Assembly (NCBI GenBank): GCA_026936335.1
Contig: JAPMXV010000055.1
Location: 186,001 to 250,000, forward strand
Reading direction: 5' to 3'
Length of the DNA: 64,000 nucleotides
Source: Mantamonas sphyraenae STR306
Lineage: Eukaryota; Protista; CRuMs
The notes beneath the pieces were generated by a model, which saw only the letters and a program-made list of their open reading frames with translations, had not been told where the DNA came from and did not search any database. Shown here in pieces: positions 58,892 to 64,000 of the stretch (position 1 is its first letter; each line of letters starts with the position of its first letter). The position numbers and the translations under genes were made by a program.

Positions 58892-60605
58892 TCACGCAAC
58901 CATGACACCCAACGCTTCCTCCTGCCAATGCTGCTCCCACGTCAGATCACGAAAGGAGACCACCCCACGAGCCAATGTGTCCAGTTGCACCTGACCCATG
59001 CGACTGGACGCACTCTGCCCTGGATTCGAAGCCAGCAGCTGCACAAACTGTTCGCTCAGCTCCTCCGCCGAGTTGAATGTCAATCCATTGGTACCATCTT
59101 CCACCAACTCATCCAGACTGTCCATGGATGGTGTTGCATATCCTTTGTCAGTCACATTCCGAATTCACCAAACCTTCACCCTTTCCCTTCCCCTGAAACT
59201 TACCACGCATACTCCTTCGCACACACAGGCACCCCACACGCAAACATATCCACCACTTTCATGGGCAGGTCGAGGCCCGACGAGCTCGTATGCAGACACA
59301 CCCCGAGATCTGCACACCCGAGCAGCCGTGGATAGTCCTCCGTGCGCAGAAACAGCGTGGTAATCGCACAATGATTCAAACTCAGCTTGCTGATCCGCTC
59401 CACATACATCTGCTTCTGGGGTCCCTTTCCCGTAATCACAAACAGGATGGGTGCACAGTGCAACTCCTGCACATCAATCATCTCGTCCAGTCTGCAAATC
59501 GCCTCCAACAGAATGCCAAAGTCCTCATCCGGTGTCCAGCTCGTGCTGCTCACCACCAACTGCACCCTGTCCTCCCTCCACCTTGCCCTTGCCTCTCCTT
59601 GAACCATTTCTGTCATCAGTGTACTCTCCATCCTCACCACCTCCTCCCCGTCCTCTCCGTCTTCCCCATCATCATCGACACCCCACCCCAATGTCTCCAT
59701 CCCCGATGCTCCCAATTGGCTCTTCAACTCGTTGTGCAGGTGTGCAAACAGGGTGTGTGCCGTCGCTGCGTCGCTGCGTCCGAAATGAGCAGGGGCGCGG
59801 TCGTACAACACCACCGCCTCCACCTGGCCCTGTGTGCGTGTGTGCAGATCCTCTTTCATGGCATGGGTCACACACAGGTGCTTCCACGAGCCATTGGCCC
59901 CGTATGAAAACTCAAGGTACCTGTACAGCCGCACCATCCAGTGGTCCGGTCGCAGGTTCATCGCCAGCAGGGTGTATCCGTAGTTGTGCCAGTCCAACAC
60001 CACACGACTGCCACGCAGCCAGGAGACCACCCACACTACCATCAATGTGGGCACCGATGGCGGGTTCTGTGTGAGAGAGCGTGTGTGAGTGTGTGAGTGA
60101 CGCGCGGAGGGACCCCAACCGCGACGGAATGAGCTGACGTGTGCGGGTGGGAAGTGCCCCCCCTCCCTTGCTTCACACGCCCACCCAAAGCCCTCCAACT
60201 CCCCCATCGTGTCACAAACTGTGATGTGTCACACAAAGCACTCACCTGTACAACAATGAGATCGAGGGAGCGCATGGTGGTCATGCACGTGTAGAAAAGC
60301 TGGAGCACCAGCAGGAGACCCTTGAGGAGGACAAAGAAGGGGTAGAGGAGACGAGACGAAGGACGCCATCCATCGAGAGGCACACGCATGCGACATTGGG
60401 ACACGTTGTCCATGGCCTCAAGGGTGGGTTTGAGGGAGGCACCTTGGTAGCCTACGCAGCACACCTCGTGTGCCCCGTGCTGCGCCAGACACAGGGCGTG
60501 GTTCTGCATCCTGGGACTCACACCAACGTCGCCCAAGACCAAAACCATGGCATGGACGCCAGCGAGGGCGGGTTCATCGTCGTGGGTGGTATTGGCTGTG
60601 GCCAT
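58892..60605 (-). CDS. ALG1: Chitobiosyldiphosphodolichol beta-1,4-mannosyltransferase; exons 60605-60246, 60066-59204, 59117-58892
   Basis: Motifs VLVLGDVGVSPRMQNHA, VQ|NPPSVPT, LDWHNYGYT, VLYDRAP, VSSTSWTPDEDFGILL, ITGKGPQK, YPRLLGCADLGVCLHTSSSGLDLPMKVVDMF and CLDELV..NG. Confidence 0.96.
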
Positions 60606-60642
60606 GGTCCTCTCTCTCTCTCTCTCTCGCTGTCTCTCACTT

Positions 60643-63600
60643 TCACCTGCCAACCCCAGCAATGACGTGGCCCCGCCGGCGTTGTGTTCGACCCCACCAC
60701 ACCTGCCAGGAGCGTTCCACCAGCGCATCCTGATGCCACTGTTGCACACGCAGGGCTGCATCGAGAAGCACCCTACGGGCCATGGTCCAGCGACGCCACT
60801 CACGCATGGCCCTGCTGAGATGACGCATGTCCATCACACGCCGTCGGATGGCATCGCTCAGGTGCACCTGTACGCCACGTTCCAACAGACGCACCGATCG
60901 ACGGAGCAGACGTTGGTGCAACAGATCCTTCCAGCGTCGGAGGGCTGTGCGCAGGTGTGGGATCCCCTGGCGCACAAAGCGATGCCTCGAGGCATGGAGG
61001 ACAGTGTGCAGACGACGACGTGGCTCCTCGTCGCCCCATTGATTGCCATGGATGAGCACACGCAGGACCAGCCAAGCGTAGAATGCCTGCGCCTGCACGC
61101 TGTGACGACGGTACAACATGGCCACCAACACACGCGTCTGTCCCATCTTCACACGCACCACCTGGTCAGCCCACGCCTGAAACAGACGCGCCTGCACCCG
61201 TTGGTGCTGCATGCCTTGAATCTGTGACACAACGCCACGGAACCGTCGATGCTGACCCAACACCCATTGCCACACACGCAACGCACGTCTCCCCGCCTGC
61301 CCCATGGCATGTCCATCCGCATCCGCTTCCAGTCGTCCCACCTGCCCGTATGCCTCCACCCACCTTTGCCACGCCTGCTCCACACGGCTACGTTGCACCA
61401 CCGCCTGCCAATGCGTGGCCGCCATCTCGTTTCGCCTGCGATTGGCACGCCGACGTGCCACGTACGCCTGCCACACGGCCATCACACGCCTTTGGTTGGC
61501 TTCCTCGTTGAACGACGCCGCCAGCAGTAGGGAAAGCCCCAGCTGGCGTGCCACCTGCACCTGATGCCACCAGGCGTGGAGCACGGCGCGTGCCAATCGA
61601 CGCGCTCCACGCGCACGTCCGCGACGCACCTGCGATTCCAAATGGTGTTTGTGCAGCCACAGACGCAGGTGGCGCATGCCCAGGTGGTGGTGAGCCATGC
61701 GTTGGGCAGAGAGAAGGAGCACGTGCATGCGACGTGCGTGTCGTGTGGCCTCCTGCCATGTGGCAAGGGTGCGTGTGGCCGTGACGAATCGTGCAAAAAG
61801 CTCCGCCTGCGAGTGGGCCTCCGTCTGCGCTTGGCTATGCCACACGTACGCACGCCACGAATGCCACGCCCGCCACATGGTTTGGTGACGCAGATGGTGA
61901 ACCGCCCTGTTCAGCAACAGTCTCGGACGCACCGCACGCGTCCAATGCACCCACGTGCGTGTCAGACACATGCGACGTGCCACACGCACCCCACGCCACT
62001 CGTTTCGCCACACTTGCCACATGCGCCACGCCAATCGACTACGCCACACGGCGTTGGCACGCGACTTGGTCTCTGCCTTGCCACGACGGTACCTGGCGTG
62101 TGTGTGCCACGCACGCAGCACCACCGTTGCCACGTGGCCACTGTGGTGCAGTTGTGCCTGGTGCGCCTTGCGTTGATCCACCGTGTGCATGTGCCACGCC
62201 CCAAACACGCGTCCACACAATCGAGTGGCATGCATCCGTGTGCCCAGCTGGCGGTTCTCCATGTGTTGTCGCCACCGCACCAGTGTCAACCTGCACCGAC
62301 GCTCCACATACGACTCTTCCCACTGCACACTGCGTCGTGCCACCTCCTGTCGTCTTGCCATCCCTCGCGTCCACCCTCGCCACGCCCGTCCAATCACACG
62401 CCGCCTCCGCTCCCGTTCCCTCTCCCTCTCCCACCGCTGCCCACGCATGCGTGCATACCACACGCGCACCACCCTCCGCTGCCTCTCACGCAACACACGC
62501 ATTCCCTTGCGTCGCAGCCGTGAGTGCATCTCCACCCGTCCCGTGTACGCCCTTCTCCACGCACGCCACACACCTGCCGCCATCCGTTCCCGGGAAACCC
62601 TTCCTGCCTGTGTTTCCATGGCTGTTTCGCGCTCCCTGTTCCTGTGTGCACCTACCCACCTCTGCCACGTCTGTGTCATGCGTCGATGACGCACCCACTC
62701 TGTACGTGTCCTCTCCATCCTCCTGTCTGCCCACACCTCTCTCCATTGCCTCCACGTCGAGGCCATCCGCTGCTGTCGTTCCTGCGCCTCCACCTGTCGT
62801 TCCGCCTGCGCCGCACGCACACTGGCATGCCACACCTGCACCATACCACGCAGTCGCACACGCATCCGCTTTGCATGCACACGTGTGGCCATGTCCTGTA
62901 GCTGCCACATCCCGTGCCACTGCGTCACACAGGCATGCGCCACTCGCAGTGCGCGTCGCCTCTCCGCCGCCCGCAGCCGCCGTTGCAACGTGGCTCGCCA
63001 CCTGCACATGGCCCAACTCTTGCGCACAATCACACGCATGCGATGTCTTTCGGCTCGCTCCTTGTTGTGTCGGTGCGTTTGCTGCAACTCGGGCAACAGT
63101 CGCCACTGGGCAAGCATACTCCGTGCCACACTGCGATTCAACAGCACCATGGCCGCTTCCATGTCTGCACGTGTGTGCACACGCACTCGCCACTTGTAAT
63201 GCCACAATTCCACGGCCACCTTGGCCAGATGGGCGTTCATCAGCCCTTGCAACGATGCCACTGCCTCCTCGCGTGCCTCGTATGCAATGGACACACTTAC
63301 CCACGCACGCAAGTAGCGACGCCGTGTCACCCGGTCGCCCATCACCTCTGCCTTGCGACGTGTCTGTCTGCGACCACGCAACAGCAACCACATGCGATGC
63401 CAACGGTGCACGGCATGCACCAACATGCGTGTGCGCACGTGTGCATCCGCCTGTTCCTCCATGCGACGTGTGTCCCTGTGTGTGGTGACCCATGCACGCC
63501 AGTCGCCAAAGCAATCGGTGAGCAGACGCACATTGACACGCACGTTGAGCTTGCGGATCATCGCCAGTCGCATGATGGCCACCTTCCACGTCAGCCACGC

Positions 63601-63969
63601 CTGCATCAGCTCCACGTAGTGCACTGCACGTCCTGTCTCTCTATCCAGCGTGCCCAGTAGTTGGTGGTACGCGTGGTTCTGTCGAAACACCATCATCCCA
63701 AGTCGCATCTCGTGTTTCACCACCAGCGAACGCAACAACGCAAGCTTAAACTCACTCCCCTCCCACGCCATCTCCGCATCCCTGTCTGGCTTCCCACCAC
63801 CACCACCACCACCACCACCATTGCTCCTCCTCCTCCCTCCCTGTCCTCTTGTTGTTGTGTTCCTGTGCCTCGTGCAACACCCTGTTCTTGGATTGTCCCA
63901 GGGACCCACCCACCACAAAGCCAATCTGAGCCCGTTTGCTTGCCTGCTCCCTGTTGTGTTCCCATCCAC
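60643..63969 (-). CDS. Sfi1-like centrin-binding repeat protein; 5' end uncertain
   Basis: 1,108-aa helical Arg/Trp-rich ORF with many regularly spaced L..(F/W)..W repeats (CFGDWRAW, AVHRWHRMW, VFGAWH, AWHSWRAY, LFQAWA, AFYAW), typical of Sfi1 repeats. Confidence 0.7.
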   Translation of the reverse strand: MDGNTTGSRQANGLRLALWWVGPWDNPRTGCCTRHRNTTTRGQGGRRRSNGGGGGGGGGKPDRDAEMAWEGSEFKLALLRSLVVKHEMRLGMMVFRQNHAYHQLLGTLDRETGRAVHYVELMQAWLTWKVAIMRLAMIRKLNVRVNVRLLTDCFGDWRAWVTTHRDTRRMEEQADAHVRTRMLVHAVHRWHRMWLLLRGRRQTRRKAEVMGDRVTRRRYLRAWVSVSIAYEAREEAVASLQGLMNAHLAKVAVELWHYKWRVRVHTRADMEAAMVLLNRSVARSMLAQWRLLPELQQTHRHNKERAERHRMRVIVRKSWAMCRWRATLQRRLRAAERRRALRVAHACVTQWHGMWQLQDMATRVHAKRMRVRLRGMVQVWHASVRAAQAERQVEAQERQQRMASTWRQWREVWADRRMERTRTEWVRHRRMTQTWQRWVGAHRNRERETAMETQAGRVSRERMAAGVWRAWRRAYTGRVEMHSRLRRKGMRVLRERQRRVVRVWYARMRGQRWERERERERRRRVIGRAWRGWTRGMARRQEVARRSVQWEESYVERRCRLTLVRWRQHMENRQLGTRMHATRLCGRVFGAWHMHTVDQRKAHQAQLHHSGHVATVVLRAWHTHARYRRGKAETKSRANAVWRSRLAWRMWQVWRNEWRGVRVARRMCLTRTWVHWTRAVRPRLLLNRAVHHLRHQTMWRAWHSWRAYVWHSQAQTEAHSQAELFARFVTATRTLATWQEATRHARRMHVLLLSAQRMAHHHLGMRHLRLWLHKHHLESQVRRGRARGARRLARAVLHAWWHQVQVARQLGLSLLLAASFNEEANQRRVMAVWQAYVARRRANRRRNEMAATHWQAVVQRSRVEQAWQRWVEAYGQVGRLEADADGHAMGQAGRRALRVWQWVLGQHRRFRGVVSQIQGMQHQRVQARLFQAWADQVVRVKMGQTRVLVAMLYRRHSVQAQAFYAWLVLRVLIHGNQWGDEEPRRRLHTVLHASRHRFVRQGIPHLRTALRRWKDLLHQRLLRRSVRLLERGVQVHLSDAIRRRVMDMRHLSRAMREWRRWTMARRVLLDAALRVQQWHQDALVERSWQVWWGRTQRRRGHVIAGVGR

Positions 63970-64000
63970 TCTGGTTGGCCATTTGCTTGCTGCGTCGCTG

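Noticed and set aside
1-64000. tRNA, rRNA, transposon, viral or prokaryotic defence elements
   Set aside because: I recognised no such motifs, terminal repeats or transposase/RT/integrase domains by eye. Small ncRNAs cannot be excluded without a covariance-model search.

Overview
GC-rich, very gene-dense eukaryotic (protist-like) nuclear DNA. It uses the standard genetic code and has short spliceosomal introns, mostly GT-AG, often ending in CA-rich tracts. About 25 protein-coding genes can be supported, many only tens of bases apart. In order: a partial hypothetical gene, prohibitin-2, a histidine acid phosphatase, an F-box/LRR protein, a GT64 glycosyltransferase, a PAK/STE20 kinase, a plasma-membrane syntaxin, PUF60, a stand-alone RNase III protein, a ~2,570-aa CCDC162-like protein, a ~2,737-aa secreted protein with a (KKAAA)12 tail, a non-SNARE longin, an LRR protein, a classical tyrosine phosphatase, a divergent ADP/ATP-carrier-like protein, a TPT-family transporter, BROX, an F-BAR/SH3 protein, a Cys-rich GPI-type surface protein, an oxidoreductase-like domain protein, a TSET medium subunit (TCUP/TML-like), RPC4, a low-complexity protein, an ankyrin-repeat protein, ALG1 and an Sfi1-like protein. 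Several genes are broken by single-base frameshifts in homopolymers, most likely long-read assembly errors. I recognised no rRNA, tRNA, CRISPR array or transposon. The most interesting items are the giant secreted lysine/alanine-tailed protein, the dsRBD-less Dicer-like RNase III, the phytolongin-like longin, TCUP, the carrier lacking RRRMMM, the motif-altered PTP with an intron inside its start codon, and a GC-AG intron. All family assignments come from recalled motifs, not database searches.
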